Positions 1 to 14,606 are shown, counted from the stretch's first letter. The stretch is DNA of 64,000 nt from Eledone cirrhosa (GCA_964016885.1 OZ024743.1:171120001-171184000), one strand, 5' to 3'. Program-made: numbers and translations. The notes: generated from the sequence alone by a model not told the origin.

Positions 1-85
1 GCATATCTAGGTCGTCCCTTATATAGCTTTTGATGTGCTTGAGGAAGGGTTTTAGAAGGGTATCAATGAAGTTGCTAATACTGGT

Positions 86-89
<4 letters not shown>

Positions 90-128
<39 letters not shown>

Positions 129-299
129 CACAAACACATACACACGCGTACATCAACATACAAAGAGACTTATACACACACACACACACACACACACGCA
201 CTTCTCCGTATAAGACAAAAGCTGAAAAATATCTTTTGACAGGCTAAAATACTCCCCATTGCTTTCAGACACATTCTTACTGACCATCGAATTACTCTG

Positions 300-359
<60 letters not shown>

Positions 360-453
360 ATCTTAATAGCCATTTGACACACGTCGCTGCTGGCCATTGT
401 CGCAGCATCGAACACCTTACTACTACTACTACACACACACACACACACATATA

Positions 454-526
<73 letters not shown>
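90..526. repeat. (CA)n microsatellite cluster
   Basis: Several pure and interrupted CA runs; they explain the poly-HT/VC ORFs. Confidence 0.95.
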
Positions 527-529
<3 letters not shown>

Positions 530-556
530 TTTGTTGTGAAAGAGTCATTTCTCAAT

Positions 557-783
557 CTTGGCGCAAAACCAATTTTTTATCCACATGACCTCTACCGACC
601 AATCAAAATTGTTTTGACCAAGAATTTTTGCTGGAGCCACTTTTTTAACAGAAAAACAGTCTTGGCGCAAAATCAACTTTTTACATTCACATGACCTCTA
701 CCGACCAATCAAAATTGTTTTGACCACAAGCATTTTTGCAACACAAAAATAACGCTGGAGCCACTTTTTTAACATAAAAACAG
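557..783. repeat. Imperfect ~105-bp tandem duplication
   Basis: TCTTGGCGCAAAA...CACATGACCTCTACCGACCAATCAAAATTGTTTTGACCA...GCTGGAGCCACTTTTTTAACA occurs twice. Confidence 0.8.
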
Positions 784-999
784 GTAGAATTCCCAAAACT
801 AATCAGATCAGAGCAAACAGCACGGACACTCTATCTCAAAATTATTTTTGAAAAGCATTTAGAAATGCGCAACCGGTAAAAACTTAAAAACTTAAAACCA
901 CAACTGAATACTAACCCATACAATCACTAATACTCTTTTATTCCTAATTAAAACATTTTTCAACTGTGAACAATTTGTCAGCATTTTCTATTCCGTTTA

Positions 1000-1149
<150 letters not shown>

Positions 1150-1150
1150 G

Positions 1151-1201
<51 letters not shown>

Positions 1202-1204
1202 ATA

Positions 1205-2881
1205 ATAATAATAGTAATAATAATAAAATTGAAGACTAAAATCCAAAGAGGGCTCGATAAGGAAAATATATATCAAATATATAAAAACCGTAGAGCAAAT
1301 ATTTATTAAAATAACAGATTAAAGTTTAAGCAAAGAATCGCTGCTTTCACCCTTAACGGGATCTTCTGAAACTAACAAAGTCAATCTGTAAACGCAGAAC
1401 TGGATATTTCAAAAAATGTTGCAACCGGAGGAAGACAGTAAGACGATACTTTGGTTCGTGGAAACGTTCGCTGGCAAAGAACGGGAAAAAAGGAATATAA
1501 TACGTCATTAATAGGAGCGGTGAAAAACAATTACGCGCAAAGACAGAACCACGTTTATGGTATAAAAGAGGTCGTAGACTAATGTTCTCTTAGGTGGTGC
1601 ATAGAGACGTTCTCTGGCAATGAACGAAAAAACGAAGATAATACGTCATATGTGGAGCGTGGAGAACAATAGCACGCAAAGACAAAACCACGTAAATGGT
1701 ATAGCAGAAGTCGTAGACTAAAATTCTAACTAGGAGACCAAATGAATCTCCGCTACAGAGTTAAGAACAAAGTAAATAAATACAATACAGAAGTAATAGA
1801 AATAAATAAATACATACACGCAAACAAATACGTACATACACGAGCATACGCAAAAACTTACCATAGGTATACAAAACCCCGCACATATAAATATGTGTGT
1901 GTGTGTATGCGTGTATACAAATAAATAAATAATTATATAAACAGATATAAATAAATAAATACGTATATAACAAGCGCACACACATACCTTCATATAAACA
2001 CACGAATGTTCGGAGACGTAAGTCAACCAAAACATGAAGTACACATATACACACACCCGCCATACGTACGAACCTGCATACTCACACAGACGCAAAACTC
2101 CCGTATAGCCAAACGATATGTACCAGAATATATAAAAAATATACGCCATACCAATCAAATATGCGTACAAGAAGGTATACGTACCTTCACAAAACATACG
2201 GGTAATATATACTTACGGGGTTTTGTATACCTATGGTAAGTTTTTGCGTATGCTCGTGTATGTACGTATTTGTTTGCGTGTATGTATTTATTTATTTCTA
2301 TTACTTTTGTATTGTATTTATTTACTTTGTTCTTAACTCTGAAGCGGTGATTCATTTGGTCTCCTTGTTATAATTTTAGTCTACGACTTCTGCTATACCA
2401 TTTACGTGGTTTTGTCTTTGCGTGCTATTGTTCTCTACGCTCCACATATGACGTATTATCTTCGTTTTTTCGTTCATTGCCAGAGAACGTCTCTATGCAC
2501 CACCTAAGAGAACATTAGTCTACGACCTCTTTTATACCATAAACGTGGTTCTGTCTTTGCGCGTAATTGTTTTTCACCGCTCCTATTAATGACGTATTAT
2601 ATTCGTTTTTTCCCGTTCTTTGCCAGCGAACGTCACCACGAACCAAAGTATCGTCTTCCTGTCTTCCCCCGGTTGCAACGTTTTTTGAAATATCCAGTTC
2701 TGCGTTTACAGATTGACTTTGTTAGTTTCAGAAGATCCCGTTAAGGGTGAAAGCAGCGATTCTTTGCTTAAACTTTAATCTGTTATTTTAATAAATATTT
2801 GCTCTACGGTTTTTATATATTTGATATATATTTATCCTTATCGAGCCCTCTTTGGATTTTAGTCTTCACATTTATTATTAT

Positions 2882-2886
<5 letters not shown>
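1205..2886. mobile_element. Non-coding fold-back element (probable PLE 3'/pLTR) in (TA)n; arms ~1205-1881 and ~2217-2886
   Basis: The ~670-bp arms are reverse complements with scattered mismatches. Both ends abut (TA)n. Each arm carries a hammerhead-like fold. A third fragment lies at ~2955-3115. Confidence 0.75.
2724..2774 (+). ncRNA. Hammerhead-like fold, core variant CAGAAGA (copies at 1323-1373 and 2975-3025 on minus)
   Basis: AGTTT-CAGAAGA-TCCC gttaa GGGT-GAA-AGCAG...TTGCT-T-AAACT: stems I, II and III all pair; U4A core change and CUU triplet. Confidence 0.55.
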
Positions 2887-2959
<73 letters not shown>

Positions 2960-3113
2960 TAAAAAACAGATTAAAGTTTAAGCAAAGAATCGCTGCTTTC
3001 ACCCTTAACGGGATCTTCTGAAACTAACAAAGTCAATCTGTAAACGCAGTACTGGATATTTCAAAAAACGTTGCAACCGGAGGAAGACAGGAAGACGATA
3101 CTTTGGTTCATGG

Positions 3114-3297
<184 letters not shown>

Positions 3298-3423
3298 CAT
3301 TAGTTAAGCAAAACAAGATCCCAAATTTCACAAGGAAGACATTATTAAAAGATTGTCAACATAGTTTTAGTTTGATGTAAGGAATGTAGAGAATAATAAT
3401 AATAATAATATTAATAATAATAA

Positions 3424-3600
3424 TTGTTTCTACGTTAGGCACAAGGCCAGCAATTACCCAGTGCATAACTGGTACCTTGTTTTATCGACCCCGTAAGGAT
3501 GAAAGGCAAAGTTAACCTTGGCGAGATTTGAACTCAGAATGGCAAGGGCCGTAACTCTATACGTCAAAGCATGGCGTCCGACCCTCTACCAATACTACCA
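3424..3600 (-). mobile_element. tRNA-derived SINE (octopus-type)
   Basis: Same family as 25262, 34217, 41979 and 48853: B-box-like GAGTTCAAATC, body CTTTGCCTTTCATCC...GTACCAGT, tail GAAACAATTATT. Confidence 0.8.
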
Positions 3601-4038
3601 ATAATGTTGTCCGTTTACAATTGTTTCGCCACTCCATATAATGTTTCTGAATCAAATGATTATAGATCATTATTGATCTGGTTCAGTTGAAAATAATTAA
3701 CTTACGTAGAATTAGAGCAGCTCCTCGGAACTTCAAAAGGAATATAAATTAAAATAAGGAAATAATGTTACCTGAATGTAATGTTCCATATGTTGGTATT
3801 TCACTATGGTGTCCTGGGTATATCTATTGTCTGCCATAGTCGAGCAGTATTCTTTTGTCGAGGCTGCATTGTGTGAGATCTGCCTATGTGTAACAAGCTG
3901 GCCGCCAATGGACATATTTACCTTACTAATTAGAGGTTGGTTTCAGGGGAAGTAACTCCTCGAGAAATTAGAAAGTGTGGGTAGTTTATAGTTAAGAAGT
4001 GCTAATTTTTTAATTTTTTAATTGAGAGACAATTAACC

Positions 4039-4245
4039 AACATTGAACACTCACTAACATGGGATATCTTGGCTAGGGCCCAATCGTTCAATGGACGCAG
4101 AAACTCTTGTGACCTCTGTCTTACCGAAGTATATTACATAACTCTATCACGACCTCTACCGATTAACGATAGAACGGAGGTAACTATTAGCTGTCAACAT
4201 CGAAGGGCTAATTCCTTCACCAAGAGAATATTTGACTCAACATAG
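4039..4245 (+). pseudogene. C-terminal fragment of a Naiad-type GIY-YIG endonuclease
   Basis: Manual translation NIEHSLTWDILARAQSFNGRRNSCDLCLTEVYYITLSRPLPINDRTEVTISCQHRRANSFTKRIFDST* matches the W-x-I...CxLCLxE...N-x-R-x-E...CxHR pattern of Naiad-type PLE C-termini. Confidence 0.7.
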
Positions 4246-4598
4246 TCATCTAGCCCCATTTTTACTCATATCTAATAAGTTAAATAGTTATAGGTTACTT
4301 AGATAATTATAAGGTACCTCCCTTACATTGTCTCTCAATTAAAAAATTAAAAAATTAGCACTTCTTAACTATAAACTACCCACAATTTCTAATTTCTCGA
4401 GGAGAAAACATTCTCTAATTAGTAAGATAAATATGTCCATTGGAGGCTATCTTGTTACCCATAGGCAGATCTCACACAATGCAGCCTAGACAGACGAATC
4501 CTACTCGACTATGTCAGAAAATATATATACCCAGGACACATTGTGAAATATATGGAACATTACATTCATTCCTTATTTTAATTTATATTCCTTTTGAA

Positions 4599-4717
4599 GT
4601 TCCGATGAGCTGCTCTAATTGTACCTAAGTTAATTATTTTCAACTGGACCAGATCAGTAATGATCTATAATCATTTGCTTCAGAAATATTATATGGAGTA
4701 GCGAAACAATTGTAAAC
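4599..4717 (+). ncRNA. Hammerhead-like fold, core variant CCGANGA, long stem II (mirror copy 3613-3731 on minus)
   Basis: GTT-CCGATGA-GCTGCTCT...GGAGTAGC-GAAAC-AATTGT-A-AAC; palindromic stem III ACAATTGT; stem I only 3 bp. Confidence 0.55.
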
Positions 4718-5078
4718 GGACATCATTATTATTATTAAAGTACCAGTAATACACTGGGTAATTGCTGGCATTGTGCCTAAAGTAGAAACAATTATTATTA
4801 TTAATATTATTCTCTACATTCCTTACATCAAACTAAAACTATGTTGATAATCTTTTAATAATGTCTTCCTTGGGAAATTTGTGGTCTTGTTTTGCTTAAC
4901 TAATGAATATTTCCAGCTCTGTGCACCTAACCTCTGCATGAACCCAGCCACCTAGCTGCCTTCCACTGCATATTGTACATTGAGCACATGCCTTTACGCT
5001 TTGGCTTCTAACTAATTCACCAATCTCTCTTCTCGTCTCCTATCTCCATCTCTCTCTTTAAGATTGGTTACTATTGAA

Positions 5079-5153
<75 letters not shown>

Positions 5154-5529
5154 TTGTTTCTCCCCTTCTCACTTCCTCCCGTTTGGCTAACAGTGGGTCT
5201 CTTCTTGCTTACATCCCATTCAGGCTTGACGTGTCTGTACCTTTTGCTCATGAAATCCACCCAGATTATGCTGACCAGGACAACCATGTTGCTTGTTTAT
5301 TTCCTTTCTTTGGTTTGCTTTTATCCTTCTATGTTGTTCACTTGTCCCCCTCGCTTTACGCGATTTACTGGTCCCAATAACTATTTTTAGTTATTGCTCG
5401 CACCAACATGAGGTATCTGATTTTTAATGCGATGAAATACTAATGATGGTTGGAAAATCACTAACGAAGGACTATTTTTATCATATGTAACCTATGTGCA
5501 ACCACGCAGTATTCTTCTTTCTTCTCATG

Positions 5530-5582
<53 letters not shown>

Positions 5583-5613
5583 ATGTATATATATATACAC
5601 ACACACACACACG

Positions 5614-5665
<52 letters not shown>

Positions 5666-5913
5666 GTTTTGCGAGTTTTTTATATGAAATCGTGTGTCGA
5701 AACAAATATTGTTATACTTGGGGAGGGTCATATTTGTGTAATATTGCCAGAATTAATAACAGAACACACTCACTGTTTGGTTGGTTTTCGCTTTTCGCTT
5801 CTGTGTCTTTTATATCGGTAATATAATTTATTCGGTCCTCAATGTTGCCATTGACTGACCGACGGTAAAAAATAATACAGATACAATATAGACACAAACA
5901 CATATATATAGTT

Positions 5914-5957
5914 TATCAAAGTTCTTTCGTTGCACATCTGCAACATCGTCAGTGGTG
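5914..5957 (-). ncRNA. Minimal hammerhead-like motif in the PLE pLTR (intact core also at 20490-20533 on plus; mutated cores near 9900, 12450 and 17030)
   Basis: CTGACGA-t-GTTGCA gatg TGCAAC-GAAAG-AA-CT-T; stem II is perfect but stems I and III are weak. Confidence 0.55.
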
Positions 5958-6202
5958 CTATTGTTACATTGTATGTCTACGCCATCTTCATTTAGTCTGT
6001 TTATATATTTATTTATTTATTTGTTTGTTTGTTTATTTTATTTTGTCTTCTTTGCGCATGCGTCTGCGTGTGTGTATAGTGTTTCATTTGATGTGTGTTC
6101 GTGATTGGGTGACTGTGTATCGGTTAATGTATTCTATCTTTACTAGTGTGTGTTTATATGTGTTTTTTGTTATTGTGCTTGTGTATGTATTTATTTATTT
6201 AT

Positions 6203-9200
6203 TTATACTTCTCTTAGGTCGGTGTTGTTTGTTTGGGTGTTGTTGTTATTCCATTCATTCTTTCTGTTTAGTCTTGGCCTTCTAAGTTCTATTTCACTGG
6301 CCTCTCTGATTTGCCTATCTGCTGGGTCATTTCTATATTTAGATATTATTATAATTTCTATGTTGTCTATGTTACCGTCGTGTTGTTGTCTGGCATGTTC
6401 GTATAGTACTGAACCGTTTTTCGTCCTTTTAGTTCCCCCCAGTGTTGGTCTATCCTTTCACCTAGGCTACGAGCTGTCTCGCCTATGTATGTTGTAGTCA
6501 TGTTTCTGCAAGTACCCTCTGTACATCTTATGCTATAGACTACGTTTATAGTTTTACAGTTTATCTGGGGGTTTACCTAACATATGATACATTTCCTATT
6601 AATACAGTGGGTTTTCTTAAAAGGGTAGGTTTTGCTGATCAGAGACTTTATGGTGGTTCTTGGCTTTTCTACCACCTTAATCTTTAAGTGGGTCTTTCTC
6701 AGGGCCTTTCTACACTGGTTAGCTAATTTCCCTCCCAGGGTAGCGTCCACAAACATGACACTCTGGTATCTCTGGTTGTCGTACCATGAGGTGGCTTTCC
6801 CTATCTTGTGTCTAGCCCTATCTAAGCTATTCCATGATTTTCTCCTGTATAATGGGCAAATTCCTTTCATGTCTAGTTCTATGAGGGTCTTATACTTCTC
6901 CATCGCTCCTTCGTATACTCTGACTCTGTCTCTTTGGTTGTAGCCAGAGAACTGCATGCGGTTGATGAAGTGTTGGATGTGTCTTTCCATTTCTGTTGGG
7001 TCACACATGCGGGACACATTCTTCATCACTCGTACCAAATCTGCGATCAGAATATTAAACTTAGCACTACTGAACATTGCTGAGTTTTGAGTATCAGGTA
7101 TTTGGAGGCCATGGGTTTAGCATAGTGTGAGTGGAGAATTTGGGCTCTCTCGTCTATAGTGTTAATCCAGAGTTCCGTGTCTAATACAGGTAGTCTATTG
7201 TTAGGGTGTTTGGAAGGGTAGTCGATAATTACAGTTATACTCTGGTGTATGGAATTAGCTATCTGCTGCATGCTTTTCATTGTGCTACGTTCTAAATCAA
7301 ACTTGGGTCCGTATAGCTTTGGTCCACCCAATCCACCTTCCCATGGGAGTCTTTTTTGCCATTGAGGTTATGGTGGGGGGTCTACCTCTTATAGGTCTAC
7401 TAGGGCAGAAACATGTAAGGTCATGGCTGTCTAGGTAGTCAGTGTCGTAGGTAAGTCTAAGTAGGAGGCCCAGTTCGTCTGTGTCGACGTCGCAGAACTC
7501 CACCTCACTCTCAATGATCATCTCCACAGATTTTTCCACAGCAAAATCAATGTTAATGGATGGGTACAGTGATACCGCATCCATGCTGCCTATTATGCAG
7601 TTGGATAGGTTCCTGTTTTTGTTGCACTCACTGATTCTGCTGAGGAGGTCCTCTGTACTGTCACATACATCTGGGGACATCTTGATTATGGAGCGTATAA
7701 CCATTGAGAGGAAGTAGGAGATCCTGTAGTTGCTAGCTATATTAGCTCCGCATACGGGTCTTGTTGGTGGTCCTGTTGTCGGGTCGTCGACTGTCTTGTG
7801 GTCTTTGCGGAGCCCATACAAGGGTGGTATGCCATTGTTAGACGCCTGGAAGTTGTTGGCAGTGCGTCTGCTTGGCTTTAGGATGTCAGTCCACATCATC
7901 ATGTGAGCGTTGAGGATTTTCTCTCTCCCATCATGTGTTTGCTGTGCAATTTCGCTCGTGTTGGTGATGTGGGTTTGTATAGCCTTGATGTAGTTCGGCA
8001 TGCTATCTATTGACATCCTACCAGACTTATCCGTGGGTAGACATACTACCTCACCATCCCTTGTGCGCTGCTTGAGGCTAACCAAGCCTTCTACAGGTTT
8101 CCTCCCATGTTGTTGGGCCTCTGGTCTGCTCTGTCTCTTAGTATACCGGTCTACTATTTGTCTAATCTTATTTCTAGCTCTGGTGAACTGTGCCTCTGTC
8201 TCGTGATCTATTTGTTGTGGTATGCAAACTCTTTTATTAAAGGGTAACCTCGTAGGATAGATATTACCCATCTTATATGTTTTGTCAGCTGGGTTGAAAA
8301 ATAGTTTCTCTAAGGGGTTGTCATTATATCTATCGTCATAGTTGTGTGTGTTGCTATTATTGTTATTATGGTGGTTGTTGTTGTTCCTATCATTAGCATT
8401 ATTATTATTGTTATGATTGCTAGATGTATTGTTGCTGTGATTGTTAGATGTATTGTTGTTATGATTGCTAGGTGTATTGTTGCTGTGATTGTTAGATGTA
8501 TTGTTGTTATGATTGCTAGATGTATTGTTGGTGTGATTGTTAGATGTATTGTTGTTATGATTGCTAGATGTATTGTTGTTGTGATTGTTGTTTATTTCAC
8601 CGTTATTGTTGTTGTTACTGTTATTTCTACCATTGTGGTTGTTACTTTTATTATGTTTCTTGTTTTTGTTGTGTCTATCATTAATGTTGCTACATGTATT
8701 ATTTCCATTATTACCACTGTGGTTATTGTTGTTGTTCGTATTGTTACCGTTATTACTACTGTGGTCGCTGCTGCTGTGTCTGTGGTTAATGTCTCTATTA
8801 TTATTATTATTATTGTGGTTGTTGTTGTTCTGTCTATCGCTAGTATTATTACCATTATTACTATTTCTCACTCTCCTGCTATTGTTATTGTTATGGCTGT
8901 TATTTCTATACTCAGAGTTATTGTTTATATTACTACTACCGTTATTATTGTTGTTGTTGTTTACTTTTGCATTGCAACGTATTTTTGTGAAACACTTTTC
9001 CAGCTCCGTTTTGCACTCAATAGGGTTAATCTTTTTGTAGATGGCAAATGTTGGTGGTAGCTGCAGGATTTGTTGTTCTTGTTCACCGATTAAAGTGTTC
9101 CCATAAATATTTACTGTGTGGTCATTGGTAAATTCTTCCGGTAGTTTTACATCAGTCATACGGATATTGTTGATGTTATCTGCGTATTTTTGAGAATATT

Positions 9201-9701
9201 CTATTTTCTTTTCTTGTAGTTTTTTCTTATTCATTCATTCTAATTTCTTATTGAAATGCCTATTGCATTCGTTTCGGGCGTATTTCGTTTCACGTCGGAT
9301 GACGCTCATGAAGTCATCCCTTTCGTTTGGTGTGGTGAGATTTTAGACTTCCTTACCGTTAATGCGTTTCTGTCTGTAAAGTTCGTTGACTTTTGCGTAT
9401 GTTGTTCTTTTCATATTAACTGTTATTGTGTGTTTTAGTCGTTCAGCTTGTGTTTTGTTCAATAATAAATGATTTACTTGTTTTGATATGTTTGTTGTGT
9501 ATATTTTGGAGGAAACACAGTGTTTTAAGAAGCGGATTTGTTCTGTTGTTATTGTAGTTTTTATATAACAGAAACAGTGTCTTTCAATAACCTTTCAGCT
9601 TGGCACAAGCTAGTGCCATAACGGCGATGAATTAGTTTTGCAAGGTTTTTTATATGAAATCGTGTGTCGAAACAAATATTGTTATACTTGGGGAGAGTCA
9701 T
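6203..9701 (-). pseudogene. PLE polyprotein (N-terminal domain, Asn-rich tract, RT, Cys-rich linker, GIY-YIG), disrupted
   Basis: The ATG at 9701 in the pLTR gives MTLPKYNN...LIHRRYG; then IRFLKHC, TDKSG, LYGLRKDHK, MDAVSLYPSI, LPVLD, CxxxxCxxC, YIGETARS and LNRKNEW. There are stops and frameshifts, and a ~290-bp deletion at ~7305 removes GAAIG and YVDD. Confidence 0.88.
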
Positions 9702-9999
9702 ATTTGTGTAATATTGCCAGAATTAATAACAGAACACACTCACTGTTTGGTTGGTTTTCGCTTTTCGCTTCTGTGTCTTTTATATCGGTAATCTAATTTA
9801 TTCGGTCCTCAATGTTGCCATTGACTGACCAACGGTCAAAAATAATACAGATACAATATAGACACAAACACATATATATAGTTTATCAAAGTTCTTTCGT
9901 TGCACATCTGCAACAACATCAGTGGTGCTATTGTTTCCTCCCATTACATTGTATGTCTACGCCATCTTTATTTAGTCTGTTTATATATTTATTTATTTG

Positions 10000-12660
10000 T
10001 GAGGAAACCTGTAGAAGGCTTGGTTAGCCTCAATCAGCGCACAAGGGATGGTGAGGTAGTATGTCTACCCACGGATAAGTCTGGTAGGATGTCAATAGAT
10101 AGCATGCCGAACTACATCAAGGCTATGCAACCCCACATCACCAACACGAGCGAAATTGCACAGCAAACACATGATGGGAGAGAGAAAATCCCCAACGCTC
10201 ACATGATGATGTGCACTGACATCCTAAAGCCAAGCAGACGCACTTCCAACAACTTCCAGGCGTCTAACAATGGCATATCACCCTTGTATGGGCTCCGCAA
10301 AGACCACAAGACAGTCGACGACCCGACAACAGGACGACCAACAAGACCCTTATGCGGAGCTAATATAGCTAGCAACTACAGGATCTCCTACTTCCTCTCA
10401 ATGGTTATACGCCCCATAATCAAGATGTCCCCAGATGTATGTGACAGTAGAGAGGACCTCCTCAGCAGAATCAGTGAGTGCAACAAAAACAGAAACCTAT
10501 CCAACTGCATAATAGGCAGCATGGATGTGGTGTCACTGTACCCATCCATTAACATTGATTTTGCTGTGGAAAAATGTGTGGAGATGATCATTGAGAGTGA
10601 GGTGGAGTTCTGCGACGTCGACACAGACGAATTGGGCCTCCTACTTAGACTTACCTACGACACTGACTACCTAGGCAGCCATGACCTTAGACGTTTCTGC
10701 CCCAGTAGACCCATAAGAGGTAGACGCCCCACCATAACCTCAATGGCAAAAAAGACTCCCATGGGAAGGTGGATTGGGTGGACCAAAGCTATATGGACCC
10801 CCCAAAACAATGATCAGGTAAGAAAAATGGTCGCACATGCAATAGGGGCTAGTATCAAAACTACGCTAAAGGGCCACATATTCAAGTTCAACGAGATGAT
10901 CTATACCCAAAATGAGGGAGCAGCCATTGGCGTCAGCATAGCTGGTGATGTTGCCAACCTTTTTATGGTATGGTGGGAAAGGAGAGTTAAAGATCTCCTT
11001 AATGAGAGCTCCATAGACCTCATCATGTACTCTCGTTACGTAGACGATATCAATATAGTTATAAGAACATCCCCACGAGAGAGCACTAACAAGTTTGATT
11101 TAGAACGTAGCACAATGGAAAGCATCCAGCAGATAGCTAATTCCATACACCAGAGTATAACTGTAACTATCGACTACCCTTCCAAACACCCTAACAATCG
11201 ACTACCTGTATTAGACACGGAACTCTGGATTAACACTATAGACGAGAGAGCCCAAATTCTCCACTCACACTATGCTAAACCCATGGCCTCCAAATACCTG
11301 ATACTAAAAAACTCAGCAATGTCCAGTAGCGCTAAGTTTAATATTCTGATCGCAGATTTGGTACGAGTGATGAAGAATGTGTCCCGCATGTGCGACCCAA
11401 AAGAAATGGAAAGACACATCCAACACTTCATCAACGGCATGCAGTTCTCTGGCTACAACCATAGAGACAGAGTCAGAGTATACGAAGGAGCTATGGAGAA
11501 GTATAAGACCATCATAGAACTGGACATGAAAGGAATTTGCCCATTATACAGGAGCAAATCATGGAATAGCTTAGATAGGGCTTGACATAAGATAGGGAAA
11601 GCCACCTCATGGTACGACAACCAGAGATACCAGAGTGTCATGTTTGTGGACGCTACCCCTGGAGGGAAATTAGCTAACCAGTGTATAAAGGCCCTGAGAA
11701 AAACCCACTTAAAGATTAAGGTGGTAGAAAAGCCAGGAACCACCATAAAATCCCTGATCAGCAAAACCTACCCTTTTAAGAAAACCCACTGTACTAATAG
11801 GAAATGTATCATATGTAAGGTAAACCCCCGGATAAACTGTAAAACTATAAACGTAGTCTATAGCATAAGATGTACAGAGGGTACTTGCAGAAACATGACT
11901 ACAACATACATAGGCGAGACAGCTCGTAGCACAGGTGAAAGGATAGACCAATACTGGGGGGAACTAAAAGGACGAAAAAACGGTTCAGTACTATACGAAC
12001 TTTCCAGACAACAACACGACGGTAACATAGACAACATAGAAATTAGAATAATATCTAAACATAGAAATGACCCAGCAGATAGACAAATCAGAGAGGCCAG
12101 TGAAATAGAACTTAGAAGGCCAAGACTAAACAGAAAAAAATGAATGGAATAACAACACCCAAACAAACAACACTGACCTAAGAGAAGTATAAATAAATAA
12201 ATACATACACAAGCACAATAACAACAAACACATATAAACACACACTAGTAAAGGTAGAATACATTAACCGATACACAGTCACCCAATCATGAACACACAT
12301 CAAACAAAACACTATACACACACGCAAACGCATGCGCAAAGAAGACATAATAAAATAAACAAACAAACAAATAAATAAATAAATATATAAACAGACTAAA
12401 TAAAGATGGCGTAGACTTACAATGTAACGGGAGGAAACAATAGCACCACTGACGTTGTTGCAGATGTGCAACGAAAGAACTTTGATAAACTATTTATATG
12501 TGTTTGTGTCTATATTGTATCTGTATTATTTTTGACATTGAGGACCGAATAAATTAGATTACCGATATAAAAGACACAGAAGCGAAAAGCGAAAACCAAC
12601 CAAACAGTGAGTGTGTTCTGTTATTAATTCTGGCAATATTACATAAATATGACCCTCCCC
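10000..12660 (+). mobile_element. PLE copy 2, 5'-truncated, inverted relative to copy 1
   Basis: RT with MDVVSLYPSI, GAAIG, YSRYVDD; in-frame TGA at 11583-11585; GIY-YIG (VVYSIRC...YIGETARS) in ORF 11640-12143; the 3' UTR runs into (TA)n. Confidence 0.92.
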
Positions 12661-13660
<1,000 letters not shown>

Positions 13661-13720
13661 AAGTTGAAAAAAAATGAAAACGAAATTTCATTTCTCACTC
13701 TTAGTATGGCACTTACTTAA

Positions 13721-13775
13721 ATGTAAGTATGTATGTATACGTACATACATATATGTATACAGACGTACAGTAGCA

Positions 13776-13834
<59 letters not shown>

Positions 13835-14333
13835 TCAGGTACACATACATATATGCACGCATCAGTTTAGCGGACGCTTATTATAACGCCGCTTTTTTCG
13901 TTTGTCAACAAACTGAACAGTCTGAATTTATGCCATACGGTGTTAAGGCAACCACGTCACCTTTTTGTTCAACACTGACACAGGAACGATGTACTAGTTT
14001 CAACCTTGTTAGCTATCATCAGCACCGTTTACCCATCTGCCAGATAGTTGAACGTTCGAAAGTATATACTTTCCTTATGAAAGTATATGCATAAGGAAAG
14101 TATTTACTTTCGAACGTTCAACTATCTGGCAGATAGGTAAACGGTGCTGATGATAGCTAACAAGCTTGAAACTAGTACATCGTTCCTGTGTCAGTGTTGA
14201 ACAAAAAGGTGACGTGGTTGCCTTAACACCGTATGGCATAAATTCAGGCTGTTCAGTTTGTTGACAAACGAACAAAGCGGCGTTATAATAAGCGTCCGCT
14301 AAACTGATGCGTGCATATATGTATGTGTACCTG

Positions 14334-14364
<31 letters not shown>

Positions 14365-14420
14365 GCATACTACTGTACGTCTGTATACATATATGTATGT
14401 ATGTATACATACATACTTAC

Positions 14421-14422
<2 letters not shown>
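13721..14422. mobile_element. Fold-back non-coding hammerhead element (arms ~13721-14079 and 14090-14422, 10-nt loop)
   Basis: Near-perfect reverse-complement arms, flanked by TA-rich microsatellite. Confidence 0.8.
14140..14184 (+). ncRNA. Type I minimal hammerhead ribozyme (mirror copy 13985-14029 on minus)
   Basis: AACGGTG-CTGATGA-t-AGCT aaca AGCT-t-GAAAC-TAGT-A-CATCGTT; GUA site; palindromic stem III ACTAGT. Confidence 0.8.
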
Positions 14423-14459
<37 letters not shown>

Positions 14460-14606
14460 TGTATATATATATATATATATATATGTATATACATGTATAT
14501 TTATATATATATATGTATATACATGTATATATATATATATATGTATATACATGTATATATATATATATATGTATATACATGTATATATATATATATATAT
14601 ATGTAC

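Larger units (their letters stand above)
3298..4905 (+). mobile_element. 5'-truncated Naiad-type PLE with inverted duplicate of its 3' UTR (arms ~3298-4033 and ~4327-4905)
   Basis: Arms are reverse complements; the spacer encodes a Naiad-like GIY-YIG C-terminus; there is a hammerhead-like fold in each arm; the left end abuts (TA)n. Confidence 0.75.
5662..9999 (-). mobile_element. Penelope-like retroelement copy 1, near full length with direct pseudo-LTRs (5662-~6025 repeated at 9632-9999)
   Basis: Direct repeats flank an RT/GIY-YIG ORF; the 3' end abuts (TA)n. Confidence 0.9.

Noticed and set aside
8344-9060. Hydrophobic 238-aa and 151-aa plus-strand ORFs
   Set aside because: They are antisense shadows of the Asn-rich triplet repeats.
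9900-10000. N-terminus of the 561-aa ORF
   Set aside because: Chance read-through from the antisense pLTR across the inversion junction; the real RT homology starts at ~10000.
11583-11585. Selenocysteine recoding of the shared TGA
   Set aside because: The aligned codon in sister copies is AGA (Arg), not Cys, and no SECIS was recognised.
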